Notes under the pieces: generated by a model
The model's input: only the letters and a program-made list of their open reading frames with translations
Databases searched by the model: none
What the model was told of the DNA's origin: nothing
Shown: positions 8,480-19,645 of the stretch, piece after piece
Layout of the letters: each line of letters opens with the position of its first letter
Numbering within the stretch: the stretch's first letter is position 1
Program-made: the position numbers and the translations under genes
Virus record (IMG/VR): IMGVR_UViG_3300025849_000016
Span: 32,001 to 96,000 of that record
DNA: 64,000 nt
Strand: one strand, 5' to 3'
DNA from: a virus

Positions 8480-11400
8480 TTATGGAGCTGTAAAAAGTTG
8501 ACTCATGATGTAAAGTCCTGAATAACTTTGAAGATTAACCGAAGCATCAAAATTTATATTTGTTGCTGTGGCGTTATTATTTAAATTAATTCCAGTAATA
8601 TCAAATTGTAATTGACTCGTAAGTAATGCGTTTGCATTAACTACTGAACCACCGCTTGAAATACGACTTGTAATATATGCACCAATTGCTTTCTGTGTAG
8701 GCACAACATTATCGCTGTTATCACTAAATGTAGGATCTGTACTAAATTCTCTTACTACAGCATTTGTACCGCCTAACACAATACCGCCAATTCTTAATTC
8801 ATCTAAACCTGATAAATCAAATTGCGATGCACTTATTGTAACTGTACCGGTAGCTTGATCAACCTTAAATAACTCACCAACTCTAAAGTTACCATCTTGG
8901 TCAGTACTTGTATAAAATACTCGGCCGCCGCCAGAACCAGCTGTTTCTTGGTTTTGTTTTGGATCATTTTCTGATGTGTATCCTTCAGTATACCTAGATG
9001 GATATGCAGTTTCTATAAAATTACCCGAACCAATGTCGAGAAAATCATGTCCTGTCAATCGTATTTGACTAAAGTTTTGACGTATATTAATAAATGTATC
9101 ATGTATTGGTGCTTCATTGATATCCAATGGCGGAGTAATTTGCAATTGTGCTGAAAGAGAAGGTTCAGTACCTTGTAAATTTTCAATTTTTTGTACATAA
9201 AATTGTTTATTAAGACCTGTAAATGTTATAGAGTCACCTGGTCCAGGGCTTCTTAATAAATTACTAACTTGAATAATTCCGCCTACTGGATATATATCAG
9301 CATACCCGTCACCGTTGATTTCTATAATTGTTTTAAAATATAAGGAACCTGGATCTAATATACTCGGTTGTCCTAAGACACCTGACTGTATTCTAATATC
9401 AAACTGGGCATCAGTTGCAGCTAGGCTATCAATTAACTGTCCTACAGGAGAATTAGTATATCCGCTACCTGGATCGACTATAATAAAAGAGTCAACTCTA
9501 CCAGATATAATGTCAGGTCTTGCAACAGCCCTAGCACCGTATTCTAAAAATTGTACGTTAGACGAACTTGTACTATTAATTAATATCCAAGAACTATATG
9601 AAATGTCATCACTTGTATATTCAATATATTTTAATTTTGACCAAGTTTGTCCGCCAATTGGAGTAATTGCTCTCCAGTTAATGGCATCTTGACTAACGTT
9701 TAAAACACCATTATTAGCTACTGCTAGAAACAATCCATTATTAATATCTATTTTCCAAGAACCAACACTAATAGCATTTGGATCAGCTTGGGCTCCTTTA
9801 AAATGATTACCGATTGTAAATTGTATAGATTCATTATACACATTACGAGCATACAGAGGTAAACTTGCAAGAGTGCCGCCTATATCTCTTGCACATGCAA
9901 CAAATGCTCCTTCGCCGCCAGCAAAATCTGTAATTTCATATCCTGATAAAGTTGATAAAATGCTTCCTCCTGCAATAGGAGTAAATGATGTTCCGTTGTC
10001 GATAGATTCGTAAGCAATCCCAGTAGTATCTATAGCAATCCATCTATTACTATCATAACCGATAAAACTAAATCCTCCTGCTTTACCAGTATTACTTTGA
10101 GTCCAAGATACACCGCTGTCAGTTGATACTGCTATATTTTGTGTTCCTGTAGCTACTGCTATTACAGTAGCTCCATATACTTCTACATCTTGATAATTTA
10201 ATGCTGGAACTTCTGTTGATGATGCCCAATTTATTCCGTCGGATGATTCTGCTACACTGCCTGAGGTTGCAAATGCTATAAATTTAATTCCTGTCCAAAC
10301 TAATGATTGCCAATCTGCACTAGATGGCAATGTTGTATTAACCCATGTTGTTCCATTATTAGAATATGCAACAACATTTGATCCTATAGTAGTAATAACA
10401 TTTATCGAACCATTTGATGCTGCACTACCTAATTCTTTAAAACTTCCTGAAGCTTGAGCAAATGAATTGTAAGCTGGATCATCGATGTTAAATGAAGGTT
10501 CAATTACATATCTAGATGTACCATCTAATGTTGTTGCAAGTGCATTACCGGAAACTAATGTATTCCATCCTGTCTGTCCCCACATATTTTCTATAGTTGC
10601 TATTTTTGTACTAGGGTCATATGCACTTATTTTCCCCCATTGACCTACGCCAAGTCCGGCTTTAATAAAAAGATTCATTCCAACATAACTATTATCTTCT
10701 GCTAAATCAGATGCGGACAATGTTATACTTGTTAAGCTGCCAAACTGTGCATTGTTTTCAATTTTTCTAAAATCTGCGCCGCCTATGTTACTTGAATCGT
10801 CGCTTTCTTTGATTCGTATTTCTGCTATACTTTTATATCTTGTTTTTTGATTTTGTAAAGATCCTGCAATTCCTGATCCTGTAATAGTATAAAGTGCTTC
10901 TGTATATTCTTGTCCTGCATGAGAAAATCCTACACCAACAATTTTTCCATCTGCATCTGTATATGTTTCTTTAACTACTGCTTCACTAGATCTGTTATTT
11001 AAAGTAGCAGTAATAGGCAGTTCTTCTGGATTTACTCCTTCAGCAACTGATCCAAAGTCTCCGTAAGAGTTGTTTCCGTTAGTTGCTCTAAGTTTGCCAC
11101 CATCAGTAGCAAGATATCCTATATGACAATAATATGTAAACACAGACACAAGTTCTGATCTACCTTGTCCATCTGCCCAATACCCAATGCCGTCACTTAA
11201 AATCTGTGTAAAGTCGTTAGCTACCATTGATCGATATCCACCGTTATGTAAATTTCCATCAATTTTCATTCCAACACATCCTGTGCCAAAAGAACTACAA
11301 TTTTGTACATATGGTGATTTATTTTCAATCCAAACTGATGTATCATCTGGTCCTTCACCAGGATCGAGTGATACATATGAACCAGCACTTGGGCGTCTTG

Positions 11401-13603
11401 TTAAATAATCGTTTAAATCACCAAGTGTTCCATTTAGACCTGAAAATGTCATATTACGCATTCCACTTCCGTTATTCATATAAAACATGTTTGCTGTTTC
11501 ATAACTTGCGGCTGGTTTAACATTAACACTTCTTAATTCGTCGCCTATAATTGCAACTTCTCTTGGAACTATAATAGGTAATTCTTCTTCATATGTTCCA
11601 GTTTTAACAAAAATAGTAGCAGGTGCTCGTCCTGGAAGATCAGCTGCAATGTACTCACATGCATACTTGATAGTTCTAAAAGGTGCACCTTCACTACCAT
11701 TTTGTGTTGTATTGTTTCCTAATAAGCTAACATAGTACACTTTTGGCACATTTTGAAATTGTGCCCATTCAATCGGCGATGCTGCTCCAACTTTTAAAGT
11801 ATTACCTGCTGTGCCTATTGCAAAATTACTATCACTGGATAAATTTCTATATTTTAAATCACCGACATTAACTAGTACGTTTGTAGCACTACCTTGAATT
11901 AATATATTCCAATAGCTATTATCAGCATCTAAATCAGGTCTAACTAATGTACTATCGTCGCTTTGATGGCCTTGAATACAGACGTATGCTGTACCTGCAT
12001 ATGTTGCAACATCACCTAATGCATATCTTGTTGCTAAATTCCATGGTCCTTTCCATGCAACACCTGTAATAATTTTATCCCAACTAGCACTATCATTTGT
12101 TACTATTGCTTTACTAAAGTTATACATTCCACTATGATTTGCACAGACAGGATACAGTGTATTCCAGTTAGATTGAGGTTGAAGTTCAATTGTTCTTACA
12201 TTAGCGGAACTAAAACCAGATATATATAATTCTGGAGTTACTTCTATATTATCTAATTTATACACTGGCCCTACTACATAATTATAATTTCCTTCAACAT
12301 GATGTCCATTCTCTTTTGTACTAAAATACATAGGATGTGTATTATTAGTACTGTCTGATTGGTTAATTATATATGTATTTCCGATTACTAAAAATAGATT
12401 AGGTGCTAACACACCATTTAGAAAATATTTATTAGAACCTGAAGATTCTGCTACAGTAACTTCATAAGTTGTTGTTGACGGCTCTTCAATTGGGTACGAA
12501 GAAGTATCTTGGGTTGCAACATATATGTCTCCCCCGTCTCTAACTACATCACCTGTAGCGTATCTTGTATCTTCAGTCCATTGACCTCTAAAATTATAAC
12601 TTGTCGATATTACATCCCAAAATGCACTATCAACTGCTGGGAAATTTCCTATGTTTAAATTAGTAATACTACTATAAGTGTATCCGCCATATAGTACCAT
12701 ATCGCCTATTTGATAAGATGTTGTTTCATTATATAGTGCTTCATAACCTGTGCCTGGTATGTATAATGTCCAGTTTCCAGGAGTAAATGCTACGGTTTGT
12801 TGAACTATAGATGTAATATATAAACTATTGTTCCATTTTACAATATCGTTTGGCAAATACAAAGTACTATTCGACCAAACGCCTGCATAACGTGTACTAT
12901 CTATAACTAATTCCCAATTCGAAGAATCAATAGGTAGACCGAGTAACTCGTTTGCCGTTGATGTATGCCCTGTTATACAACGATATATTCTACCGCCGTA
13001 TGTAACTACATCTCCTTTTGTAAATCTGTTACTTATTCCCCAAGAGGTTCTAAAATTATCTGAAGGATTTATTAGCTCCCATTTTTCTTGATCTGCTTCA
13101 AGACCGTCTGAGGTTGACCTCGACGTGTGTTCTGTTATACAATTATATGTATAACCATTATATGTAACTACATCTCCTACAAAATAACTACGTGTTACAG
13201 CCCAGCTATTACGCCATTGCGATGTTTTTGCAAGAAACTCCCATTTTTCTATATCTGCTGCAACTCCGGATGTACTTAGTGCTGCACTTGTATGACCTGT
13301 TATACACTTATATATAGTAGCTCCGTATTTAATAACTTCACTAGTTTCGTACTTTGTATTTGCTGCCCATGTACCTCTAAATCTTTGGCCTTCTGCCATT
13401 AGTACCCATCTAGGTTCGGGATTGCTGTACAGATCAACTGCATTTAAATCGTCGTCAAAAGAAGATAACGATGAAATATGTCCAATTAAACAAACATAAA
13501 TTTTACCGCCTACAACTGCAATATCGTCTTGACTAAATGACGTTCCGTTGGCCCAGGGACCTTTCCAAATGTATTTAAATCGTGATATATTAAATTCTGC
13601 CAT
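8480..13603 (-). CDS. Tail spike/fibre: 8 CBM5/12-like repeats, cupredoxin-like insert, beta-helix, Asp-box beta-propeller
   Basis: Collinear with 4163..8425 plus two inserts: HPMYF...CANHSGM (~12110-12480) and Asp-box-like repeats SNNGTTW, SSDGINW, STDSGVSW, SIDNGTSF, SQDAINW (~9550-10480). Confidence 0.8.
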   Translation of the reverse strand: MAEFNISRFKYIWKGPWANGTSFSQDDIAVVGGKIYVCLIGHISSLSSFDDDLNAVDLYSNPEPRWVLMAEGQRFRGTWAANTKYETSEVIKYGATIYKCITGHTSAALSTSGVAADIEKWEFLAKTSQWRNSWAVTRSYFVGDVVTYNGYTYNCITEHTSRSTSDGLEADQEKWELINPSDNFRTSWGISNRFTKGDVVTYGGRIYRCITGHTSTANELLGLPIDSSNWELVIDSTRYAGVWSNSTLYLPNDIVKWNNSLYITSIVQQTVAFTPGNWTLYIPGTGYEALYNETTSYQIGDMVLYGGYTYSSITNLNIGNFPAVDSAFWDVISTSYNFRGQWTEDTRYATGDVVRDGGDIYVATQDTSSYPIEEPSTTTYEVTVAESSGSNKYFLNGVLAPNLFLVIGNTYIINQSDSTNNTHPMYFSTKENGHHVEGNYNYVVGPVYKLDNIEVTPELYISGFSSANVRTIELQPQSNWNTLYPVCANHSGMYNFSKAIVTNDSASWDKIITGVAWKGPWNLATRYALGDVATYAGTAYVCIQGHQSDDSTLVRPDLDADNSYWNILIQGSATNVLVNVGDLKYRNLSSDSNFAIGTAGNTLKVGAASPIEWAQFQNVPKVYYVSLLGNNTTQNGSEGAPFRTIKYACEYIAADLPGRAPATIFVKTGTYEEELPIIVPREVAIIGDELRSVNVKPAASYETANMFYMNNGSGMRNMTFSGLNGTLGDLNDYLTRRPSAGSYVSLDPGEGPDDTSVWIENKSPYVQNCSSFGTGCVGMKIDGNLHNGGYRSMVANDFTQILSDGIGYWADGQGRSELVSVFTYYCHIGYLATDGGKLRATNGNNSYGDFGSVAEGVNPEELPITATLNNRSSEAVVKETYTDADGKIVGVGFSHAGQEYTEALYTITGSGIAGSLQNQKTRYKSIAEIRIKESDDSSNIGGADFRKIENNAQFGSLTSITLSASDLAEDNSYVGMNLFIKAGLGVGQWGKISAYDPSTKIATIENMWGQTGWNTLVSGNALATTLDGTSRYVIEPSFNIDDPAYNSFAQASGSFKELGSAASNGSINVITTIGSNVVAYSNNGTTWVNTTLPSSADWQSLVWTGIKFIAFATSGSVAESSDGINWASSTEVPALNYQDVEVYGATVIAVATGTQNIAVSTDSGVSWTQSNTGKAGGFSFIGYDSNRWIAIDTTGIAYESIDNGTSFTPIAGGSILSTLSGYEITDFAGGEGAFVACARDIGGTLASLPLYARNVYNESIQFTIGNHFKGAQADPNAISVGSWKIDINNGLFLAVANNGVLNVSQDAINWRAITPIGGQTWSKLKYIEYTSDDISYSSWILINSTSSSNVQFLEYGARAVARPDIISGRVDSFIIVDPGSGYTNSPVGQLIDSLAATDAQFDIRIQSGVLGQPSILDPGSLYFKTIIEINGDGYADIYPVGGIIQVSNLLRSPGPGDSITFTGLNKQFYVQKIENLQGTEPSLSAQLQITPPLDINEAPIHDTFINIRQNFSQIRLTGHDFLDIGSGNFIETAYPSRYTEGYTSENDPKQNQETAGSGGGRVFYTSTDQDGNFRVGELFKVDQATGTVTISASQFDLSGLDELRIGGIVLGGTNAVVREFSTDPTFSDNSDNVVPTQKAIGAYITSRISSGGSVVNANALLTSQLQFDITGINLNNNATATNINFDASVNLQSYSGLYIMSQLFTAP

Positions 13604-13615
13604 TTTTTTTCCTAA

Positions 13616-13981
13616 TTATACATCGTCTGAGTAAGTATACCCTTGGTTAATTCTAACAACAAATTCACCATCATCATTTATATAATAGTAAACATTCCTA
13701 TCATCCCAACGGAATTGCTCGTAGTTTAAATTTCTATATACAAGATTATGATAGGTATCTCTACCTTCAAAAAAATCTTGCCCAGGCGTAAATCCTGGAT
13801 AATCCTGACTCGGGTCATCGCCTACGTTGTTTATTTGAATGCCGTCAGTAACATTTAACTGATCAACTTTTGCAAAGTGCAGATACCCGTCCGGATCTCG
13901 ACGAAGTCCATAAAAATATCTAGCGCCGCCTAGTGAATCTGCAAGCATTCCGGTATCATTACCTACATAAAAATCAGCCAT
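13616..13981 (-). CDS. Conserved hypothetical virion protein (paralog of 26568..27077)
   Basis: Shares FYG.R.D...KVD...DG...N..GD.P..D.P.F.PG.DFFEG.D..H...Y..L.Y.Q..WDD.N..YY..D.GE...R.NQG with 26568..27077. AGGAG SD. Confidence 0.75.
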   Translation of the reverse strand: MADFYVGNDTGMLADSLGGARYFYGLRRDPDGYLHFAKVDQLNVTDGIQINNVGDDPSQDYPGFTPGQDFFEGRDTYHNLVYRNLNYEQFRWDDRNVYYYINDDGEFVVRINQGYTYSDDV

Positions 13982-13998
13982 GTTAATCTCCTATATTG

Positions 13999-14006
13999 TA
14001 TTTATC
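13999..14006 (-). promoter_or_regulatory. T4-like late promoter core GATAAATA(CAATA)
   Basis: Overlaps the TGA of 14005..18666, directly upstream of the AGGAG SD of 13616..13981. Confidence 0.75.
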
Positions 14007-17000
14007 AGATAGCATTGTTTGGATAAGAATATCCTGCTCCCCAAATTATTCTTATAACTCCTCTTGAACCAGAAGCTCCGAAATCGTCTGGTATACCATT
14101 ACTGTTTCCTCCTGATGAGCCGCCGCCACCGCCTCCAAATTCTCCACCTGTAGCGCCACCGTTAGCGCCGCCAGATCCACCTGTACCGTTTTTGTCTGAC
14201 GTGTAAGAACCCGAAGCACCTTGTGTACCTGCGTTACCGCTAGTACCGACACCATTTACTCCAACACCACCGCCGCCACCGCCGGTAGTTGGATCATAAT
14301 AACCCTGGCCGTATGAAGTATAATAAAAGTTTGTAGACTCGTGGGCGCCACCGCCTCCGCCACCTGACCCATTGCCTGGATTAGACGATACTTTGCCTGC
14401 GCCGGCGCCGCCGTTTCCTTGATAGCCTCCAGCGCCGCCACCTCCGCCACCACGTTGTCCGTCTGTGTCGCCTCCGTTGCCGCCAAAACCTCCGCCATAA
14501 TTATTAGTTTGTGCATCAGATGAGTAAACAAGAGTAGTGCCTCCAAGGCCGCCATTACTACTATTACCACCAGTACTTGTAGTTGGTGGAGTAAAAGTGT
14601 CCCATGTCTGTCTACCACCACCGCCGCCTTCGGCTCCTAGTAAAATAGTACTTCCTCTTTTAATTGAACTATCGCCGCCGTCACCGGCTGCAGGTAAAGA
14701 AGCAGCTCCAGCACTACCTCCTGCACCAACAGTAAGTGATAATGTTTCACCTGGAGTAACTGAAATTGATTCTGCCCAAGCTAGGGCGCCGCCACCTCCT
14801 CCTCCGCCTGAACCTGTGTTATTAATACCGTTTGTGCCTGCTGTAGCATGGCCTGCACCTCCGCCTCCGCCGGCAATGACTACTGCACTAATACTAGTTA
14901 CGCCTCCAGGAACAACCCATTCTTGAGAAGTAGTAAATGTTTGTGTTCCTGTAGACGGAGTTTCACTTGTATCATTTATTGTTATATTAGATGAATTAAA
15001 AACATTACTATCAGGATCTGTTACTGTTATTTTAAAATTTTCAACTCCTTCAGAAACAGCATCATTTGATATCGGAAGCTGAATAGTTGATGTGTATCCG
15101 TATTGACTTGTATTTACTTCTGGTGCAAATATCCCTGACAATGCAACTATAAAATCAGAATTATCTATTCCCGTTCCGGATACAGCCCATGAATGTGTTC
15201 CGTTTGTTGCACAGTCAATATTAGCAAATACAATCGATCCTTCGTCATATACTAACGGAGAAATTCTAAATTCAACTGTTGGTTTTATAGTAAGTTCGTC
15301 AGAAGTAAATACAGTATTTCCTAAATTATTGACTATACTTACTGTAAATGTATCTTCAGAAATTTCTGCATCTGCTACTGTTTCTAATGTAAATGATCCG
15401 CTATTGCCTTGAAGATAAAACGGTTCACTTTGTAAAGATTCTGAAACAATATCTATTTGCCCGGACATACTAGAATGTGTGCCGCATTGATAAAATAATC
15501 TAGAAGGTGCAGTATTAGGTACTGTAAATTCTAATACACCTGATGTTACACCTTGTCCTGTTATACCTGAGGAATACAAATTTCCATTTCCGGTTACCTG
15601 ATCTGTTTTAATATAAAATGGATGTGTAGGAGTATTTACTGAAAATCTATAAGTTCTTCCTCTAATAAGTGTTAAAACTGGATTGTTAAAATTAAGTAAT
15701 CCGTTTCCAGTAAAAGTATAATAATCACTTAATGTATTAACTATGTTAAACGTAATAGGTAAAGTTGTGTCTCTATAAAAATCAAAATTAGAAGTTGAAA
15801 TATGATTAATTAAATAAAAGTATGTACTACCAGATATAACGCTTTCGGTTGTAACTGTTGCAGATATTGACTGGCCTGCTCTAAATATAGTATCTGAAAA
15901 ATTAACACTAATTGTAGGTTCTTCATTGTCTTCAATTAATGTTAAATCAATACTAGTAACGTCATTGAGCTCGTATAATAAGCTGGGATTATAAATTGTA
16001 AATGTTGCTACAGCATTACCAATATATACATCTGTTTGCTCTGTTTCTATAGTAATTACTAATTGATTTTCTCCTGTAACAAATCTAGATATACCGCTTG
16101 TGCCTATAAATCTATTGTCAGTATTAGTTAATGACCAAGCAATTGTCGGAGTATCTGTTAGAGAACTTATACCATCTACAAGATGTTCTCGTTCTAATGT
16201 AATAGTAAATGTTGATCCTTCATTAACAGAAATATTAGGAGTTACAATAGTCATAGTTTTAATTTCAGATATTGTATCATTTATTCTTACATTACAAACA
16301 TTATTATTAATATCAATTATATAATTATTTGTTGCACTTAATATTCTAATAGTATTAAAAGTCGATGTTTGTAAACCTGGTTCTGAACTAATCGGAATAC
16401 TAATTGAATTAGTTAATGACGTTCCTAAAATAGTCACAATTCCACTAGTAACAGAAACTCGATCATCGTTAAGAGCTGTACCGAAGCTCCAAGATATATC
16501 TGTAGAATCAGATGGTGTTGTGTCTAATCCGTTTCTTTTAAATATTCTAGTAAGATCAATATTACCTGTAGTGCCTTCTGTTAAAATTACAGAACTTTCA
16601 ACTCTAATTAATTTATATAAATTATTTATTGTGATAATACTATCTCCTAAAACAGTATATCTTGAATCGTTAATCGATGTAATTTCTATAATATTTGTTA
16701 TACTAGCAGCATCTGTATTTTGTGGATTAACTGAAACTATAAAAGAAGCTTCTGATTGACCTGCTGGAATAACTGTTGAACCAGTAGTACTAGACCACCG
16801 ACTATCAGCTACATCCCCTACATTTTCTCCTCTAATAGCCCAATACACTGTTACAGGTTTTGATAAATCTGTAGTACCGTTTCTAATAGATGTACGCAAT
16901 AAGGTAACAGTTAAACTATTACCTTCATCAACCGAATAGGTAGTAGACAGGAAACCTATTTCTCTTATTGGTTGATTAGGATTACTTTGAACACCTAAAC

Positions 17001-18666
17001 TTAGTTGAGATGTTTGTATTGTATATGAATCTGTTACTGCTGTTAAGTTAAATGCAAACGATCCTATATTTGATCCTGGAACATCAGATAATTCGTCGTC
17101 TAAAACAGGAATAGTAATTACCTGTGTTGAATTTCCAGCAACATACTGAACTTCTCTATCTACATTTTTTGCTGCACTATTTACAGTAGTTGGTATTATT
17201 CCAGTTAATCTATAAGAAATAATCGGAGTGTCTTCATCAAAACTCATAGTAGTATTATTATCAACTTCATACACATCATCATTGTGTGCTGCACGTTGTG
17301 CAGTTTGCCCTTCATAACCTCTGTTACCGCCCCATATAATTCTTACTGCACCGTTGCCACCGCTTGGTCCAGGAAAACATTGATCAGCATCAGTTCCTGG
17401 CCATTCATAACCTGATGCACCATGACCAAACCAACCTGTTGAGCTAGTAATATTTGAACCGTATTTTTGGTATACTAAAGATCCTGTAGATCCATTTGAA
17501 CCTTTAAATCCGTTAACATTGTTGCCGCCTATACTATTTTGACAAACTTGCCATAGTCCTGTGCCTCCGCCACATTGTCTATACCCTCCGGCACCTCCGC
17601 CACCAGATCCGTCAAGTCCGTATGGTTCTGTACCACTTCTTGGCCCGGCTGCACCTCCGGCTCCGTTATATCCTCCTGCGCCGCCTCCGCCGCCAGGTGA
17701 TCCTTGAGTAATAGTTCCGTCGAGTTGAGTTACTCTTTCTGTACCGCCGCCATTACCTCCAACTCCGCCGCCTTTAGGTGACAATGATGCATCAACAACA
17801 TATTGACCGCCGCTGGCTAATGAACTATAACTATTAAACGACGAAGTACCACCGCCGCTGCCGCCACATGCTGCCATAAATTGACAAGTGTTTCCTATAT
17901 GACATATACGTGTAGGTTCTCCATTAGATCCTACATTACCTACTTGTCCAGTTCCTCCTGCTCCAACTTCTATTTTAATTTGATCCCCCGGAGTAACTGA
18001 AGATGTACCCCAAGCAAGGCCGCCGCCTCCGCCACCTTTACCCCAAAATGTTTCAAGTTGCGTTCCGTATGCTCCGCCACCGGCTCCTCCGCCACCGATT
18101 GCTACCATACTTATTTCACACACTCCATTAGGAATTTCCCAATTATAAGTGCCTGGAGAAGTATAAGCAACTTGACCTTGCGGTTGTAATCCAGTAACTT
18201 CAAATGTTTTTAAAATAGGTATAACAAAAGACTGTTCTGCATTATCTAAAACGACAGATGTAGCATTTGCTGCATCTATAGTTACATTTTTGTTGTATGT
18301 AATTGCGCCATTAGGCGCTGATCTAATTTCAAATCTTCGACTATATGCATATACTTCGTTATTTACTGTTGCTTTTAATTTATAAAATTGATTTTGAAAG
18401 CTATCATCTGTTTCAATTGTTAATACAGTATAATTATTGTTTGAATCATTAGTACCGTAATTTTCAAAAGTAAATGCCGGAACATTTACAATAGTACTAG
18501 CAGTATCTTGCTCAATTGAATATGTAACTGATTTTCTATTTGATATAATTCCTACCTTAATTTGAGAGTTAATAGGTATTATTATTTCATTTAATTTTGT
18601 TTCAAATTCAATTGTTCCAGAAGTACCACTTGAAGAAACAATGCCAATTATACCAATATCAGACAT
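14005..18666 (-). CDS. Multidomain adhesin: two polyglycine (gp38-adhesin-like) domains, Calx-beta/Ig-like repeats, cupredoxin-like domain
   Basis: Two W..P.GV..IS.V.I.GGG...G..RIIWG domains. YSVDEG..LTVTL.R Calx-beta-like repeats. HPFYIK...FYQCGTHSSM. Confidence 0.75.
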   Translation of the reverse strand: MSDIGIIGIVSSSGTSGTIEFETKLNEIIIPINSQIKVGIISNRKSVTYSIEQDTASTIVNVPAFTFENYGTNDSNNNYTVLTIETDDSFQNQFYKLKATVNNEVYAYSRRFEIRSAPNGAITYNKNVTIDAANATSVVLDNAEQSFVIPILKTFEVTGLQPQGQVAYTSPGTYNWEIPNGVCEISMVAIGGGGAGGGAYGTQLETFWGKGGGGGGLAWGTSSVTPGDQIKIEVGAGGTGQVGNVGSNGEPTRICHIGNTCQFMAACGGSGGGTSSFNSYSSLASGGQYVVDASLSPKGGGVGGNGGGTERVTQLDGTITQGSPGGGGGAGGYNGAGGAAGPRSGTEPYGLDGSGGGGAGGYRQCGGGTGLWQVCQNSIGGNNVNGFKGSNGSTGSLVYQKYGSNITSSTGWFGHGASGYEWPGTDADQCFPGPSGGNGAVRIIWGGNRGYEGQTAQRAAHNDDVYEVDNNTTMSFDEDTPIISYRLTGIIPTTVNSAAKNVDREVQYVAGNSTQVITIPVLDDELSDVPGSNIGSFAFNLTAVTDSYTIQTSQLSLGVQSNPNQPIREIGFLSTTYSVDEGNSLTVTLLRTSIRNGTTDLSKPVTVYWAIRGENVGDVADSRWSSTTGSTVIPAGQSEASFIVSVNPQNTDAASITNIIEITSINDSRYTVLGDSIITINNLYKLIRVESSVILTEGTTGNIDLTRIFKRNGLDTTPSDSTDISWSFGTALNDDRVSVTSGIVTILGTSLTNSISIPISSEPGLQTSTFNTIRILSATNNYIIDINNNVCNVRINDTISEIKTMTIVTPNISVNEGSTFTITLEREHLVDGISSLTDTPTIAWSLTNTDNRFIGTSGISRFVTGENQLVITIETEQTDVYIGNAVATFTIYNPSLLYELNDVTSIDLTLIEDNEEPTISVNFSDTIFRAGQSISATVTTESVISGSTYFYLINHISTSNFDFYRDTTLPITFNIVNTLSDYYTFTGNGLLNFNNPVLTLIRGRTYRFSVNTPTHPFYIKTDQVTGNGNLYSSGITGQGVTSGVLEFTVPNTAPSRLFYQCGTHSSMSGQIDIVSESLQSEPFYLQGNSGSFTLETVADAEISEDTFTVSIVNNLGNTVFTSDELTIKPTVEFRISPLVYDEGSIVFANIDCATNGTHSWAVSGTGIDNSDFIVALSGIFAPEVNTSQYGYTSTIQLPISNDAVSEGVENFKITVTDPDSNVFNSSNITINDTSETPSTGTQTFTTSQEWVVPGGVTSISAVVIAGGGGGAGHATAGTNGINNTGSGGGGGGGALAWAESISVTPGETLSLTVGAGGSAGAASLPAAGDGGDSSIKRGSTILLGAEGGGGGRQTWDTFTPPTTSTGGNSSNGGLGGTTLVYSSDAQTNNYGGGFGGNGGDTDGQRGGGGGGAGGYQGNGGAGAGKVSSNPGNGSGGGGGGAHESTNFYYTSYGQGYYDPTTGGGGGGVGVNGVGTSGNAGTQGASGSYTSDKNGTGGSGGANGGATGGEFGGGGGGSSGGNSNGIPDDFGASGSRGVIRIIWGAGYSYPNNAI

Positions 18667-18674
18667 TAAAACTC

Positions 18675-19601
18675 CTAACTAAAATTCTGGCCAGCAACAA
18701 ACCCATAAAATCCGACGCCACTATCAACAGATAATAATGTAATAATATCTTTGCCGCTAGATGTTAAAGTAGGTGGCGATCCTTGTGACCAAATAATATT
18801 ATTAGGCCAAGTTATATCATGTGTTGCAGTATTTGTAATAATAAGTGTTATAGTTGATCCTGCGTTAGAAGCATTTAATAAACTAAGATTAGTAATATTA
18901 TTATTTAAATTAATTGCAAATACATTAGATGTTGCTAAATCTAAATCTAATGATCCAGTAGATGACTCTAGTGTAATAGCAGGTTCATTACCTGCACCTT
19001 TTACTTTTATGTATCCGTTCATATCAGATCTAACTTCACTTTGGTATACATATGTTCCAGCTGCATTTACTGGTATTTGCCAGTATAACGATCCAGAGTT
19101 CTTACCTTGAGCTGAAATTCCTTGTAATACAGTTCCGTTATCAGCAACATGATATAATCCATCATTAAAATCGCTACCGGTAATATCTTGTATTCTTACA
19201 GCATCACCTGCTGTATTAAGATCAAATCTTATAGTAGTTCCAGAAAATGCAGTTATATTAGGATTATTAGAATTTTCTGGATCTTCAGCTATTCTATAGT
19301 TTGTACTCGAAGTAGATAAAGTAAAAGCAGCAGCACACGGGAATGCAATTTGTCTATATTTTAGAGAAGTGTTTACAAAAAAAGTACCATTATAAAATAT
19401 CATATCTCCTGATTCAAGATCTGAAAATCCTACATCAGTTAAACTTACCATTGACGTAGAGCCACCGCCACCACCGCCAGTTGCGCCACCTAATGACGTT
19501 GCCTTCCATAAATTTTTAGCTAATACATATGTGTACAAAGTATTAGATGCTATAAATTCCTGTCCATCTGTTGGATTGCTTGGAAAGTTTATTTGAGCCA
19601 T
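18675..19601 (-). CDS. Tail-fibre adaptor-like protein with degenerate cupredoxin-like domain
   Basis: N-terminal FPSNPTDGQ...Y.Y.....W phage tail motif. YVYQSEVRSDMNG replaces YYQC..H..M.G. C-terminal ITWP..I.W..G.PP.L...GKDI domain is common in fibre proteins. Confidence 0.65.
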   Translation of the reverse strand: MAQINFPSNPTDGQEFIASNTLYTYVLAKNLWKATSLGGATGGGGGGSTSMVSLTDVGFSDLESGDMIFYNGTFFVNTSLKYRQIAFPCAAAFTLSTSSTNYRIAEDPENSNNPNITAFSGTTIRFDLNTAGDAVRIQDITGSDFNDGLYHVADNGTVLQGISAQGKNSGSLYWQIPVNAAGTYVYQSEVRSDMNGYIKVKGAGNEPAITLESSTGSLDLDLATSNVFAINLNNNITNLSLLNASNAGSTITLIITNTATHDITWPNNIIWSQGSPPTLTSSGKDIITLLSVDSGVGFYGFVAGQNFS

Positions 19602-19619
19602 TTGTTGTTCTCCTAACTA

Positions 19620-19645
19620 TATTTATTGAATTAGTTGTATTTACT
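19620..19645 (-). promoter_or_regulatory. Late promoter AATAAATA (19620-19627) plus variant AGTAAATA (19638-19645)
   Basis: Both lie in or at the edge of the 42-nt gap upstream of 18675..19601 (AGGAG SD). Confidence 0.65.
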
